64,000 nt of DNA, from positions 2,723-66,722 of the forward strand of contig PLWW01000018.1 of assembly GCA_003153125.1 (NCBI GenBank), given 5' to 3'. This DNA comes from Candidatus Dormiibacterota bacterium. Its GTDB lineage: Bacteria > Chloroflexota > Dormibacteria > Aeolococcales > Aeolococcaceae. The notes under the pieces are model-generated. The model saw only the letters and a program-made list of their open reading frames with translations, made no database searches and was not told where the DNA came from. Positions 17,531-27,565 of the stretch are shown here, piece by piece (within the stretch, counting starts at the first letter, position 1; each line of letters starts with the position of its first letter). Position numbers and translations under genes: made by a program.

Positions 17531-18376
17531 CTACGCCCCCCAGAGCGCACCCTCGGCCCCGACCGCAGCGCCGATCGTGTAGCGAAGCAGCAGATGGTCG
17601 CCCGCGCGCCGCACGGAGCGAAGCTCTCCCGCCCTGGCGAAAGGCGGCAGCTCCACCCCTTCGACAAGGCTGCGTCGTCCCGCCGACCCTCGGCTGATGC
17701 CGACGAGTTGCGGAGCGATGGTCAGGAACAGGTCGACGGGCACGCCGCCTTCCAGCAGGGTGCCGAACAGGTGCGGCCCTCCCTCGCAGAGCAGCGCGCC
17801 TCCGCCGGCGAGGTCCCGCGCAGCCGCCAGGATCACGGCCGCGCTCACGGCGTCGGGCTCCGCGGCGGGACCGCCGCGCAACCTCGGCGGTGTGCCCGCC
17901 GCAACCGCACCCTCCGCGGTGACCACATGAACGGGCACTGCCGGGTGGGTCAGGGCCACGGCGTCAGCGGGAAGCTCGCCGGTCCGGCTGACCACCAGCA
18001 GCGGGGCGGGCGCGGCCGGGCGCCCTGCGGCGGCGCGCAGGATGGCGAGGTCTCGGGCACGGCCGGGGGCGAGCGTGATCGCCGTCCACTGGTGGTTGCG
18101 GGTGGCCCGCAGGGTGCCGGCGCCGACCACGATGACCCCTGCCACGGCGCGGAGCATGGCCATCAGGGTGCGGTCGGCGGCCACCCCACCACCGACGGCG
18201 CGGGAGTCATCGCTGTCCATCCCCAGGCTCGCGACGCCGTCGATGGTGCTGACGAAGTTGACGGCGATGCGTCCGGCACCGACCAGAAGGGGCGCGCCGT
18301 ACTCCTCCTCGAGCGCGCAGCGTGGTGCGTCCTCCTCGCGCTCGAGGAGGACGCTGAAGAGGCCAGGCACCGGCAT
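17531..18376 (-). CDS. Dihydrofolate reductase family protein (RibD C-terminal domain-like pyrimidine reductase)
   Basis: Motifs ...VNFVSTIDGV...GGPHLFGTLLEGGVPVDLFLTIAPQLVG... typical of the RibD_C/DHFR fold. The start is probably at MPVPGLF. Confidence 0.7.
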   Translation of the reverse strand: MPVPGLFSVLLEREEDAPRCALEEEYGAPLLVGAGRIAVNFVSTIDGVASLGMDSDDSRAVGGGVAADRTLMAMLRAVAGVIVVGAGTLRATRNHQWTAITLAPGRARDLAILRAAAGRPAAPAPLLVVSRTGELPADAVALTHPAVPVHVVTAEGAVAAGTPPRLRGGPAAEPDAVSAAVILAAARDLAGGGALLCEGGPHLFGTLLEGGVPVDLFLTIAPQLVGISRGSAGRRSLVEGVELPPFARAGELRSVRRAGDHLLLRYTIGAAVGAEGALWGA

Positions 18377-18377
18377 G

Positions 18378-19127
18378 TCAGCCGGTGTGGACCCCGACAG
18401 CGGTCCCGACGCCGTAGGTGAGGGCCGCGACAACTGCGGCGATGCCCAGTTGCCGGACCGCGGTGCGCACGCGCGACCGGCCGGTGAACACGGCCACGGC
18501 GATCCCGACAGCAATCGACGCGAGGGCGCCGAGCACGATCGACCAGATGACTGCAGCCGTCCCGCTCCCGAAGAACCACGGCATCAGCGGAACCAGCGCG
18601 CCCACGGCGAAACTCCCGAACGAGGACGCGGCCACCGCGACCGGCGACCCGGTGGAACCCGGGCTCACACCCAGCTCTTCGCGGGTGTGCACCTCGAGCA
18701 TCACCTCCGGATCACGGGCCAGGGCCGTGGCCACCTCCTCGGCGGCGGCCGCGGGGACCCCACGGGAGACGTAGAGGGCAACCAGCTCGCGGCGCTCGGA
18801 CTCCGGGTGGCGGCGCAGTTCCTCCCGTTCGATGGCAACCTCGCGATCGATGAGCTCCTTCTGGGCGCTGACCGACACGTACTCGCCCGCGGCCATGGAG
18901 AACGCGCCGGCAAGCAGGCCGGCGAGCCCGGCAAGGCGCACAACGCCTGCGGCAGGATGCGCGCCCGCTACGCCGAGGATCAGCGAGACGTTGGTCAGCA
19001 GCCCGTCGCTGACCCCGAAGACGGCGGCCCGGGCGGTGCCGCCCTGGACGTCCCGATGCTGCTCATGGCGTGGCGCGGCCCCCGCGGTTGCCGTCGCCGC
19101 CGCCGGTCTGACCTTGAGCTCCACGCC
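18378..19127 (-). CDS. VIT1/CCC1 family Fe/Mn transporter
   Basis: GVSDGLLTNVSLILGVAG...MAAGEYVSVSAQKELIDREVAIEREEL... plus C-terminal TM helices. A GTG start around 19127 is probable. Confidence 0.75.
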   Translation of the reverse strand, partial: GVELKVRPAAATATAGAAPRHEQHRDVQGGTARAAVFGVSDGLLTNVSLILGVAGAHPAAGVVRLAGLAGLLAGAFSMAAGEYVSVSAQKELIDREVAIEREELRRHPESERRELVALYVSRGVPAAAAEEVATALARDPEVMLEVHTREELGVSPGSTGSPVAVAASSFGSFAVGALVPLMPWFFGSGTAAVIWSIVLGALASIAVGIAVAVFTGRSRVRTAVRQLGIAAVVAALTYGVGTAVGVHTG

Positions 19128-19134
19128 CCCAAGG

Positions 19135-20415
19135 TTAGCGTGCGAGGGGCAGAATGCGAGCTCGGGCGGTACGGGGCTCCGGCTCGGAGACGCGGCCCGG
19201 AGGCTGCACACGCACGGCCTCACCCGGACGTCCAAAGTAATAGCCCTGAGCGCAGTGCACCCCCAATCGCTTGAGCGCCTCCGCCTCCTCCAATGTCTCC
19301 ACACCTTCGGCGACAACAGTGGCGTTGATCTGCTCGATGAAGTAGATCAAGCCGTGGAGCAGCGCACGACGCGCCAGGTCGCGGTGAATGTCCCTGATCA
19401 GGGACATGTCGAGCTTCACGATGTCCGGCTTGGTGCTGAGGATGTGGCTGAACGTCGCAAAGCCGGCGCCGGCGTCGTCGACGGCGTAGCGCATGCCGCG
19501 GAATCGCAGTCGCGCCACCGAACTGTTGAAGTGCGGGTAGTCGCCGATGGCGGCGTGCTCGGTGACCTCGATGACCACGCGATCGGTGCCCCGCTCCAGG
19601 AGCGCCGCGAATTCGCTCATGATCGCCGTCTTGGGGGACACGTTGATCGAGAGGTACACGTCGGGCTCGAGTGTGTCGATGTGTGCGAGGGCCGATCGCA
19701 CCGCGGCGAGCTCGAGCTCGGGGCCGAGTCCCACTCTCTCAGCGGCCGCGAACCAGACGTCCGGCGGCTGGGGGGTCTCCCCTTCGAAACGTGCCAGCGC
19801 CTCGTAGCCCACCGCAGCACCGCTGATGAGGTCGACGATCGGCTGCAACACCGTGGTCAGCCGCCCCTCGCGTAGGACGGCGCGGATCTGGGCTCGCTTC
19901 TGGCGCCGAGCAGCTGCCTCGTGCTCCTCACGATCGAGCTGTTCGGCGTAGATGCGCGCCAGCATGCGCATGAAGCGCACGTCGCGCTTGCCGACGCTGT
20001 GGTCGGCGGTGGCGCTCACGCAGGCCATCGATCCCCAGATGCGGCCGTCGGGGAGGCTGATCGGCACACCGACGTAGCTGCCGATGTTGGCCTGATCGGT
20101 GACCTCCATGCGCGATGTCACGGGGTCGGCAGCGGTGTCCGGAATGGCCTCGCCAAGACTGCCCTCGGTCATCGCCTTGCAGTACATCCAGCTCAGCGGC
20201 GCGCGCAGCTCGGTGCTCAGCCTGAAAAGAGCGGCGTCGCCGGCGACGTGGCGGAACACTTGCTCGCCACCCGAGAACTCGGAAACGAAGGCGACATCGA
20301 AGTCCAGGTACTCGCGGGCGGCCTCGAGAAGGTCGTCGACCAGCATCCGCGCTGGTTGCTCGAGCGCAAGCGCAGAAAGAGCCGTATCACCGTGCGTGAT
20401 CTCGCCAGGGGTCAC
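19135..20415 (-). CDS. GAF sensor-EAL domain cyclic-di-GMP phosphodiesterase
   Basis: N-terminal GAF. An EAL domain with EALAR, the DDAGAGF..KLD motif and EGVET. Confidence 0.8.
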   Translation of the reverse strand: MTPGEITHGDTALSALALEQPARMLVDDLLEAAREYLDFDVAFVSEFSGGEQVFRHVAGDAALFRLSTELRAPLSWMYCKAMTEGSLGEAIPDTAADPVTSRMEVTDQANIGSYVGVPISLPDGRIWGSMACVSATADHSVGKRDVRFMRMLARIYAEQLDREEHEAAARRQKRAQIRAVLREGRLTTVLQPIVDLISGAAVGYEALARFEGETPQPPDVWFAAAERVGLGPELELAAVRSALAHIDTLEPDVYLSINVSPKTAIMSEFAALLERGTDRVVIEVTEHAAIGDYPHFNSSVARLRFRGMRYAVDDAGAGFATFSHILSTKPDIVKLDMSLIRDIHRDLARRALLHGLIYFIEQINATVVAEGVETLEEAEALKRLGVHCAQGYYFGRPGEAVRVQPPGRVSEPEPRTARARILPLAR

Positions 20416-20529
20416 AATCCCTCCACTCTCTCTCTTCCTGCCAGCGCGTTACAGCGAAGACTCAGCGTTGTATATGCCTCTGAGCCCCGTCAGCGCTGTC
20501 CTGCGACAGACTCGTGACCGAGCCTCGGT

Positions 20530-21444
20530 TCAGGTGGGGTGCGATTGCACAGCCTGCTGCACCGCCGTGCTGTCATCAGCGCCCGATTTCGATGCAGTGT
20601 CCTCAGCCTCACTGCCACGGCCGACCTCGGCATTGAACGCGCCCCCGAGCATGATGATCTGTCCGAGCAGACCGAAGTAGAAGAGCAACACAAAGATGAA
20701 GCCGAAGGTCTGTCCCCACTGCGGGCTGCGCGTCACGATCTTGAAATAAAGCGGAAACAGCAGTGTCAACGCCTCGAAGAGAATGCCCGCAGCGAGGGCA
20801 CCGGGGATGATGTCGCGCACGTGCTGATGACGATGCGGCACCACGAAATAGATGACCCCGAAGAGCAGTGACGCGTCCACGATACCGGCCGACACCTGGA
20901 TGAGCAGGCTGGCCGCGCCGCCGCGCAGCACGTCGGGCAGGCCGGGCAGCGACTGCAGCAGAGAGAGGATGCCGCCGCTGGCCACCAGGGGCACGGCCAT
21001 CACTGTGAAGAGCAGCACCATGGCGATCGACATCGCCTTCTGAGCGAAGAATCCGCGCGACCTGACCCCGTACATGCCGTTGAGCCCGTTCTCCATGGCG
21101 CTGAACAGTCCCGCGCCCGTCCACACAAGGCCGAGGATGCCGGCGATGGCGAACGCGCCTGTGCTGCGACGGAAGTCGTCAAGAGCTGTGATGATCTGAC
21201 ACGTGCCGCCGCCCGTCTGCTGGACGTGGCAGTTGGGAAACGCCGCAAGGACCTGCTGTACGACCGTGGCGCGCGTTCCCGGGTCCTGCAATGCAAGGCC
21301 CACCACCGTCACCGTCAGGATGACCATGGGGAAGAAGGCGAAGAACAGGTTCCAGGCGACGATCGTCGCCCAGTTGGGACCCTGCGCCCCGAGGTAGCGG
21401 CGGACGGCGCGAACCGGCAGCCACCCGCCCAGCCTCTGCTTCAC
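20530..21444 (-). CDS. YihY/BrkB (virulence factor BrkB/ribonuclease BN-like) family membrane protein
   Basis: Six-TM topology with family-typical segments. Confidence 0.75.
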   Translation of the reverse strand: MKQRLGGWLPVRAVRRYLGAQGPNWATIVAWNLFFAFFPMVILTVTVVGLALQDPGTRATVVQQVLAAFPNCHVQQTGGGTCQIITALDDFRRSTGAFAIAGILGLVWTGAGLFSAMENGLNGMYGVRSRGFFAQKAMSIAMVLLFTVMAVPLVASGGILSLLQSLPGLPDVLRGGAASLLIQVSAGIVDASLLFGVIYFVVPHRHQHVRDIIPGALAAGILFEALTLLFPLYFKIVTRSPQWGQTFGFIFVLLFYFGLLGQIIMLGGAFNAEVGRGSEAEDTASKSGADDSTAVQQAVQSHPT

Positions 21445-21524
21445 ATGGCTGATGCTAGGCCATGGGGACGAGGCGGACCGCCGCTACCCGATGCGGAGGA
21501 CATCGGTCGGCCACGACGGGGTGG

Positions 21525-22079
21525 TCAGGCCCCGGAGATGGCGATCCGCTCTGCGTAGACGGGGTTATCGCGGAATACCGCCATCGTCTCGACATCGACG
21601 AGGTCACCGTCGCGCCAGAACTCACGACGCATGACACCCTCACTCACAAACCCCGCCTTCTCGTAGCTGCGCCGGGCCCGGTCGTTGCCACTGAACACGA
21701 ACAGCGAGACCTTCTCCATGGCGAGGTGGCGGAAGGCGTACTCCACGGCGAGCTTGCACGTCTCCGTGCCGTATCCCCTGCCCCATCGCTCCGGTGGTCC
21801 GATCCAGATGCCGAAGCCGCAGTGGCGGTTGAAGTGGCTGATGTTGTGCAGGCCGGTGCCGCCGACGTACTCGCCGTCCGCCAGGCACTCGATCGCCCAG
21901 CGGAGTGCGTCCGGCTGATCGTTGGCAACCCACTGCTGTGCCTGCTCCAGCGAGTACGGGAGCAATGCCCAGTGAGCGAGGTGGTACACGACGCGAGGGT
22001 CGGCGAGGCTTTCGACCATCCGCGGCGCATCGTCGGGCCGCACGGGCCGCAGGCGCACCAGCCGTCCGGTGATGTCCAT
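21525..22079 (-). CDS. GNAT family N-acetyltransferase (RimJ/RimL-like)
   Basis: An acetyl-CoA binding motif (RGYGTE) with a GNAT fold pattern. Confidence 0.8.
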   Translation of the reverse strand: MDITGRLVRLRPVRPDDAPRMVESLADPRVVYHLAHWALLPYSLEQAQQWVANDQPDALRWAIECLADGEYVGGTGLHNISHFNRHCGFGIWIGPPERWGRGYGTETCKLAVEYAFRHLAMEKVSLFVFSGNDRARRSYEKAGFVSEGVMRREFWRDGDLVDVETMAVFRDNPVYAERIAISGA

Positions 22080-23179
22080 CAGCGCACAACGGTGGCGCTC
22101 TCCAACTCTGCGATGACGGCGTCCGCGACCTGGGATGTGCCCACGGACGTGGGGTCGTCGCGGCTCGGCTTCATATCGTAGGTGACACTGCGACCTTCGG
22201 CGATGACCGTTGCGATGGCCGCCTCGAGCCTGTCGCCTGCATCCGTCTCACCGATGTGGCGCAGCATCATCATGCCACTGAGCATCATCGCCATCGGGTT
22301 GGCCACGTTCTTGCCCGCGTACTTCGGCGCGCTGCCGTGGGTCGCTTCGAAGACGGCGATGTCGTCGCCCGTGTTGGCACCCGGTGCAAGCCCGAGTCCG
22401 CCGACCAGACCGGCGCAGAGGTCGCTGAGAATGTCGCCGAACAGGTTGGGCATCACCATGACGTCGTACAGCTCGGGCTTCTGCACCAGCTGCATGGTCA
22501 TGTTGTCGACGATGCGGTCGTCGAACTCGATCTGCGGGAACTCCTTGGCGACCTCCTCGGCGACACGGAGCCACAGCCCCTCGGTGTACTTCATGATGTT
22601 GGCCTTGTGCACCGCCGTCACCTTGTGACGGCCGTTGTCGATCGCCCACTGGAACCCGAAGCGGAAGATGCGCTGCGTTGCGGTGATGCTCGTCGGCTTG
22701 ATGCTGATGCCCGAGTCCTCGCGGATGCGCCGCCCGTTGAGCCGCGCGATGGTCTCGATCAGCTCCAGGGTCCCCGGCTCTCCCTCCGCGAACTCGATGC
22801 CCGCGTAGAGGTCCTCCGTGTTCTCGCGGATGACCACCAGGTCGACGTTGTCGTAACGGCTGCGCACGCCCGGGTACCACTTGGTTGGGCGCACCAGCGC
22901 GAACAGGTCGAGCTCCCTGCGCAGAGCCACGTTGACGCTGCGCATCCCCTTGCCGATGGGCGTGGTCAGCGGACCCTTGATGGCCACCTTGTTGCGACGG
23001 ATGGACTGCAGGACGTGGTCGGGCATGGGTGTGCCGAACTCCTCGACGACGTCAAGCCCCGCGTTCTGCACGTCCCACTCGATGTCCACGCCGGTGGCGT
23101 CGATCACCCGGCGCGCCGCCTCGCTGACCTCGTACCCAATCCCGTCACCGGGGATCAACGTGATGGTGTGACGCGCCAT
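22079..23179 (-). CDS. Isocitrate/isopropylmalate dehydrogenase family enzyme (NAD-dependent isocitrate dehydrogenase-like)
   Basis: [18 protein letters not shown]...[13 protein letters not shown]...[25 protein letters not shown]... The true start ATG is at the complement of 23177-23179. The long upstream extension in the ORF track (to 24901) is artefactual. Confidence 0.85.
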   Translation of the reverse strand: MARHTITLIPGDGIGYEVSEAARRVIDATGVDIEWDVQNAGLDVVEEFGTPMPDHVLQSIRRNKVAIKGPLTTPIGKGMRSVNVALRRELDLFALVRPTKWYPGVRSRYDNVDLVVIRENTEDLYAGIEFAEGEPGTLELIETIARLNGRRIREDSGISIKPTSITATQRIFRFGFQWAIDNGRHKVTAVHKANIMKYTEGLWLRVAEEVAKEFPQIEFDDRIVDNMTMQLVQKPELYDVMVMPNLFGDILSDLCAGLVGGLGLAPGANTGDDIAVFEATHGSAPKYAGKNVANPMAMMLSGMMMLRHIGETDAGDRLEAAIATVIAEGRSVTYDMKPSRDDPTSVGTSQVADAVIAELESATVVR

Positions 23180-23259
23180 TCTTCCAGCCTCCTCAGCACT
23201 TCTTGCAGACGGCGAGTCTCGCAAATCCGTCCCTCGGAGGGACCGGTGCGTCGCCTCGC

Positions 23260-24187
23260 CATGGTGCGCGACACTGGCCCGATGTGGAGCGACGGGATCG
23301 ACACGTGGTACGCGGCGCACGGACGCCACGACCTGCCCTGGCGCCAGACCACCGACCCCTGGGCCGTGCTGGTCAGCGAGCTGATGCTGCAGCAGACGTC
23401 TGTCGCCCGCGTCCTGCCTCGTTGGGAGCGCTTCGTGCGGCGCTGGCCGGACCCTGTGTCGTGTGCCTCGGCGCCGCTCGACGCCGTGCTGCGCGAATGG
23501 CAGGGGCTGGGGTACCCGCGCAGGGCACGGTGGCTGTGGCTGATCGCGGGTCGGGTCAGCGAGGGTGGCTGGCCGCCCGGTGAGGACGGCCTCAGGACGC
23601 TCCCTGGGGTGGGTCGGTACACGGCCCGAGCGCTGCTGGCCTTCAGCGACATCGGTGCCGACGCCGGGTCGCCGCCACCGTGCGACGTGAACATCGGCCG
23701 CGTCGCAGCCCGCGCCGCGCTGGGGCGCGAGCCGCACGAGCTCGCCCCATCCGTGCTCGACCGCACCATTGCCGGCGGCCGCCCCCACACCCTGAGGGTC
23801 CGCGACTACGCGTACGCCATGTTCGACGTGGGCGCCATTCATTGTCGTGCCACCCCACGCTGCCACTCCTGCGCACTGGAGGCGGTTTGCGCCCTGCGCG
23901 GCAATGGGACTCCAGTCGCCAGACGGCGGGCCGCCCCGCCCTACCGGGGCAGCCTCCGAGAGCTGCGCGGAACCATCCTCGCCGCAGCCCTCGCCGACAT
24001 GCAGCGTCACGGCGCCGCGCTGGTGGAGGCGGGGATGCACGTCCCCGGTGCGACCGGCGAACGCTGCCTGGAAGCCGTCAGCGGTCTGATTGCCGACGGG
24101 CTGCTCGACCCCGGCCGTGCCGTGGACCCCGGCGCGGCGAGCTCCGCCGAGGTCACCGCAGCCGTTGCGGCGCCGTCGCGGCGCTAG
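23260..24187 (+). CDS. mutY: MutY/Nth-family HhH-GPD glycosylase with a [4Fe-4S] cluster loop
   Basis: [13 protein letters not shown]..., an HhH motif ([13 protein letters not shown]) and the Fe-S motif C-x6-C-x2-C-x5-C ([16 protein letters not shown]). The size of about 305 aa fits short actinobacterial MutY. Confidence 0.65.
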
Positions 24188-24197
24188 GATGCGCTGA

Positions 24198-25175
24198 GTG
24201 GCGACCAGATCGACAGCGCTTGATGCGGTGCGCACCGCGCTGTGGGCGCGCTCGGAGTTCTCCTTCATCCCCGACCGCGACATGGCCCCTCTCGACGGCG
24301 ACGCGCGCCCGACGGGCGGCCGGCGCCTCCTCTTCGCGGGCTTTCCGTCCGACTTCAGCCTCGCCTTCCTTCTGGCGCTCCTGGAACTGGACGTCGAGGT
24401 TGTCGGGGTGCTCACGTCGCCGGGCGCGCACCCGGCAATCCTGGCCGACAACGCGCTCAGCCGCATCGCCGACCACATCGGTGTTCCGCTGCTGCGGGCA
24501 TGGAGGGTCAACGACGAGCACACCCTGCTCGACCTGGCGGGCCTCGACCTCGACGCGGCGGTCATGGCCAGCTTTGACCAGATCATCGGCGCCCGTGCGC
24601 TGGCCGTGCCACGCCAGGGTTGGATGAACGTGCATCCCAGTGCCCTGCCGGCGCGGCGCGGGCCCGAGCCCGTGTACTGGACGATCGCGGACGGCGACAG
24701 CATCGCCGGCATCACCATGCACCGTGCGGTGCCGAAGGTGGACGCCGGCCCGGTGCTCGTGCAGCGCACCCTCGAGGTGGCCGCTGACGACACCTCGGGA
24801 ACCCTGACCCGTCGCCTTTCGGACGTCGGCTCCGCCGCGCTCGGCGAGGCCGTGGGCCGGCTGCTTGCCGGCGAGGCCGGTGAACCACTGGACCTGACCA
24901 ACTCCAGCTACGCCCCGTCCGTGGGCCATCGCCACCTCGACCCCGCGCCGTCAGTCGCGACCGCCCTGCGCATGATTCGCGCCGGGGTGCCCAATATGCC
25001 CGCTTGGACAACCATTGACTCCAACGTTGTCTACGTGATCGCAGCGCATGCCGGCGCCCCCGGGCACGGTCAATCGTCGCTCACCCTGGCTGACGGCGTG
25101 ATTATCCTGGATGACGTCTGGCGACAATGCGGATGTCATCACAATCTGGTGGCCTGTCCGCACCTTCAGGAATGA
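24198..25175 (+). CDS. Formyltransferase family protein (Fmt/ArnA-N-like)
   Basis: The formyl_trans_N motif [12 protein letters not shown] with the downstream G.TMH...D.G pattern. Confidence 0.7.
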   Translation: MATRSTALDAVRTALWARSEFSFIPDRDMAPLDGDARPTGGRRLLFAGFPSDFSLAFLLALLELDVEVVGVLTSPGAHPAILADNALSRIADHIGVPLLRAWRVNDEHTLLDLAGLDLDAAVMASFDQIIGARALAVPRQGWMNVHPSALPARRGPEPVYWTIADGDSIAGITMHRAVPKVDAGPVLVQRTLEVAADDTSGTLTRRLSDVGSAALGEAVGRLLAGEAGEPLDLTNSSYAPSVGHRHLDPAPSVATALRMIRAGVPNMPAWTTIDSNVVYVIAAHAGAPGHGQSSLTLADGVIILDDVWRQCGCHHNLVACPHLQE

Positions 25176-25193
25176 GCGATTAGCATCAGGGTC

Positions 25194-25631
25194 GTGGACA
25201 CCTCGCCGATCCTGGTTGTCGAAGACGATGACCTGGTCCGAACCTTCCTCTGCCGCGCCCTCGCCGGTCTCGGCGGCGAGGTGGACAGCTGTGGCAACGG
25301 CTCCGATGCGCTGGAGGCTGTGTCGCGTCGCCGTTACGGAGTGGTCCTGCTCGACGGACTCCTGCCCGACATCCATGGCGTCGACCTTGGCAGGAAGCTG
25401 ATCGGCCACGTCAACGGCGCCGGCGCCGGCATCTGCTTTGTGAGCGGCACGCTGCGCCGCCCCACCGCCATGAACAGCGGCGTCAGCGCTCTCCCCAAGC
25501 CGCTGCGGATCGCCGACCTCACCGCCGCCGTCACCGCGCTTCTCGACTGGCACCATGGCCAGGCGGGCGACTCCCCTGCCGACCGCCTGGCCATGCTCGA
25601 CCGGCTCGGCGCCGAACTGCTGGTGGGCTGA
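25194..25631 (+). CDS. Response regulator receiver domain protein (stand-alone CheY-like)
   Basis: ILVVEDDDLVR..., the phospho-acceptor region VVLLDGLLPD and no output domain. Confidence 0.7.
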   Translation: MDTSPILVVEDDDLVRTFLCRALAGLGGEVDSCGNGSDALEAVSRRRYGVVLLDGLLPDIHGVDLGRKLIGHVNGAGAGICFVSGTLRRPTAMNSGVSALPKPLRIADLTAAVTALLDWHHGQAGDSPADRLAMLDRLGAELLVG

Positions 25632-25636
25632 CCACC

Positions 25637-26056
25637 GTGGGCACCGCGGAGCTTCCGCCCGTGTCACAACTTCCTTGGGCGGTCGGCCGCGACCGTTTCG
25701 TCGCCGACGCCGGTGCGGTGACGGGCGAGGGCGCCTGCTGCCTCTTCCTCATCGACTCCGCCATCCCGGCCAGTGCGCGCGCCGGCTACGCAGCCCTCGT
25801 GATCGCCTACGCGCGGAGCAACGAACCGGTGACCATCCTCGAGGGCGGTGCCGCCGCCATCCTCATCCGCGATGGCGGCGTGGCCTCCGGCGCGATTGCC
25901 GCACGCCGCCTCCTCAAGCAGATGGCCCGCCTCGGCCTTCAGGAGACGTTGCGCGCCGGCGTGTCGACGCTCGAGAACGGCATCCACGACGCCATCAACA
26001 GCGCACGCGAACTGGCGGCCTCAGCCCCCGCCGGTGAGGTCGGCGTCGCCTCCTGA
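25637..26056 (+). CDS. Hypothetical protein
   Basis: A 139-aa ORF directly downstream of the receiver-domain gene with no recognisable motifs. Confidence 0.35.
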   Translation: MGTAELPPVSQLPWAVGRDRFVADAGAVTGEGACCLFLIDSAIPASARAGYAALVIAYARSNEPVTILEGGAAAILIRDGGVASGAIAARRLLKQMARLGLQETLRAGVSTLENGIHDAINSARELAASAPAGEVGVAS

Positions 26057-26075
26057 CCGGCCCGATGCGCCTCGG

Positions 26076-27263
26076 TCAGCCCTCGCGGGCCGCCGCGACC
26101 AGCACGCTGGCGACCTCAGGCCGGCTGAACTCGGGAGGAGGCAGTTCGCCGGCAAGCAGCATCTCGCGCACGCGCGTCCCGCTGAGCACCAGGTGGTCCT
26201 CGTCGGGGTGCGGGCAGGTCCTGGTGCTGGCCATGCCCTCGCAGCGATGGCACCAGAAGGTGTGCTCGAACGGCAGGATCTCGATGCCCAGAGCGGTGCG
26301 GTCGATGTTGTCGAAGATGCGCTGGGCGTCGTAGGTGCCGTAGTACTTGCCCACCCCGGCATGGTCGCGGCCGACGATAAAGTGGGTGCAGCCGTAGTTG
26401 CGGCGAACGATGGCGTGGAGCACGGCCTCGCGCGGCCCCGCGTAGCGCATCGCCGCCGGGAAGGTGCCGAGCACCACCCGGTTCTGCGGGTAGTAGCCCT
26501 CGAGGAGGACCTCATAGCAGCGCATGCGCGTGGCCGCCGAGATGTCGTCGCCCTTGGTGTCCCCCACCAATGGCTGAAGGAACAGCCCGTCGATGGACTC
26601 GAGCGCGACCTTGTGGAGGTACTCGTGGGCGCGGTGCACGGGGTTGCGGGTCTGGAACCCGACGATGGTGCGCCAGCCCAACTCCGCGAAACGCCCGCGA
26701 GTCTGGGCGGGCGTGAGGTCGTAGGTGGGAAACGCCGAGGTGGGGATCCGCAGCGCGTGGATCTCGCCGCCGATGGCGTGCGCGCCCTGTGCAAGACGTG
26801 CGGCCACGCCGGGGTGAGCTGAATCGGCGGTGCCGAAGCATGCCTCCACCTCGGCGGCGAGGTCGACGGTGAACACCTCCGACACCACCAGCAACGCCAG
26901 CGGGTCGCCGTCGGTGCCGACCAAGACGACGGTGTCCCCGGCGCGTCTCGCGCGCGCTGTGTCCTCATCTACGGCAAGCACCACGGGCATCGACCAGATC
27001 GAGCCATCGCTGAGCCGCATCGTCCCGCACACGGAATCATGGTCTGCGGACCCGACGAAGCCGGTGAGCGGGCTGAACGCACCCACCGCGATGCAGTGGA
27101 CGTCCGCCTGCTGGCGTGAGTCAAGGGTGATGCGCGGAGCACCGTCAAGCGAGGCAAGACGCCGTGCACCCTCCTCAGGCGACAACAGACGATCGACGAG
27201 CTTGACTGTTGACGTCCGCGCCGCGGCCGGCTCCGACGTCGCGGCGGATGGCTGCGCTGTCAC
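26076..27263 (-). CDS. sat: Sulfate adenylyltransferase (ATP sulfurylase, homo-oligomeric Sat type)
   Basis: Hallmark motifs GFQTRNPVHRAHE, GRDHAGVG and HTFWCHRCEGM, with an N-terminal PUA-like domain. Confidence 0.9.
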   Translation of the reverse strand: MTAQPSAATSEPAAARTSTVKLVDRLLSPEEGARRLASLDGAPRITLDSRQQADVHCIAVGAFSPLTGFVGSADHDSVCGTMRLSDGSIWSMPVVLAVDEDTARARRAGDTVVLVGTDGDPLALLVVSEVFTVDLAAEVEACFGTADSAHPGVAARLAQGAHAIGGEIHALRIPTSAFPTYDLTPAQTRGRFAELGWRTIVGFQTRNPVHRAHEYLHKVALESIDGLFLQPLVGDTKGDDISAATRMRCYEVLLEGYYPQNRVVLGTFPAAMRYAGPREAVLHAIVRRNYGCTHFIVGRDHAGVGKYYGTYDAQRIFDNIDRTALGIEILPFEHTFWCHRCEGMASTRTCPHPDEDHLVLSGTRVREMLLAGELPPPEFSRPEVASVLVAAAREG

Positions 27264-27472
27264 AGTACAGTCACCGCAGAAGATCGCGGCTGCTTGGCTT
27301 GCACACTACACCTCGTGATGAGTCCAACAATGGTGTCCGCAACCGACCGCGTTCGATCGCGCGGACGAGAGGTTGGACAATCCAAGCATCCATTATGTCA
27401 TCCGGCTTTCTTTGTTGGCACTGCGGCTGACGCGTCGTATCGCGCGGCGATCCTTATGCACAACAGTGAATG

Positions 27473-27494
27473 CGGCGACGGCCGGCCGTCGCCG
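27473..27494. promoter_or_regulatory. Perfect 22-bp palindrome in the sat-cysC divergent intergenic region (candidate operator or hairpin)
   Basis: CGGCGACGGCCGGCCGTCGCCG equals its own reverse complement. It lies 72 bp upstream of the cysC ATG and about 210 bp upstream of the sat start, in a locally lower-GC intergenic region. Confidence 0.45.
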
Positions 27495-27565
27495 AGATCA
27501 ATCGATGTAGCATCCACCGCGTCAGGGTGGACCAACGCGTGGCCGCCGTTGATAGGTGGCGCGTC

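Noticed and set aside
22079-24901. The 940-aa minus-strand ORF and the 643-aa plus-strand ORF (22256-24187) suggested by the track
   Set aside because: Only the 3' 367 codons (22079-23179) read as an isocitrate/isopropylmalate dehydrogenase. On the plus strand only 23260-24187 reads as a MutY-like glycosylase. The long extensions are open antisense frames without protein-like composition.
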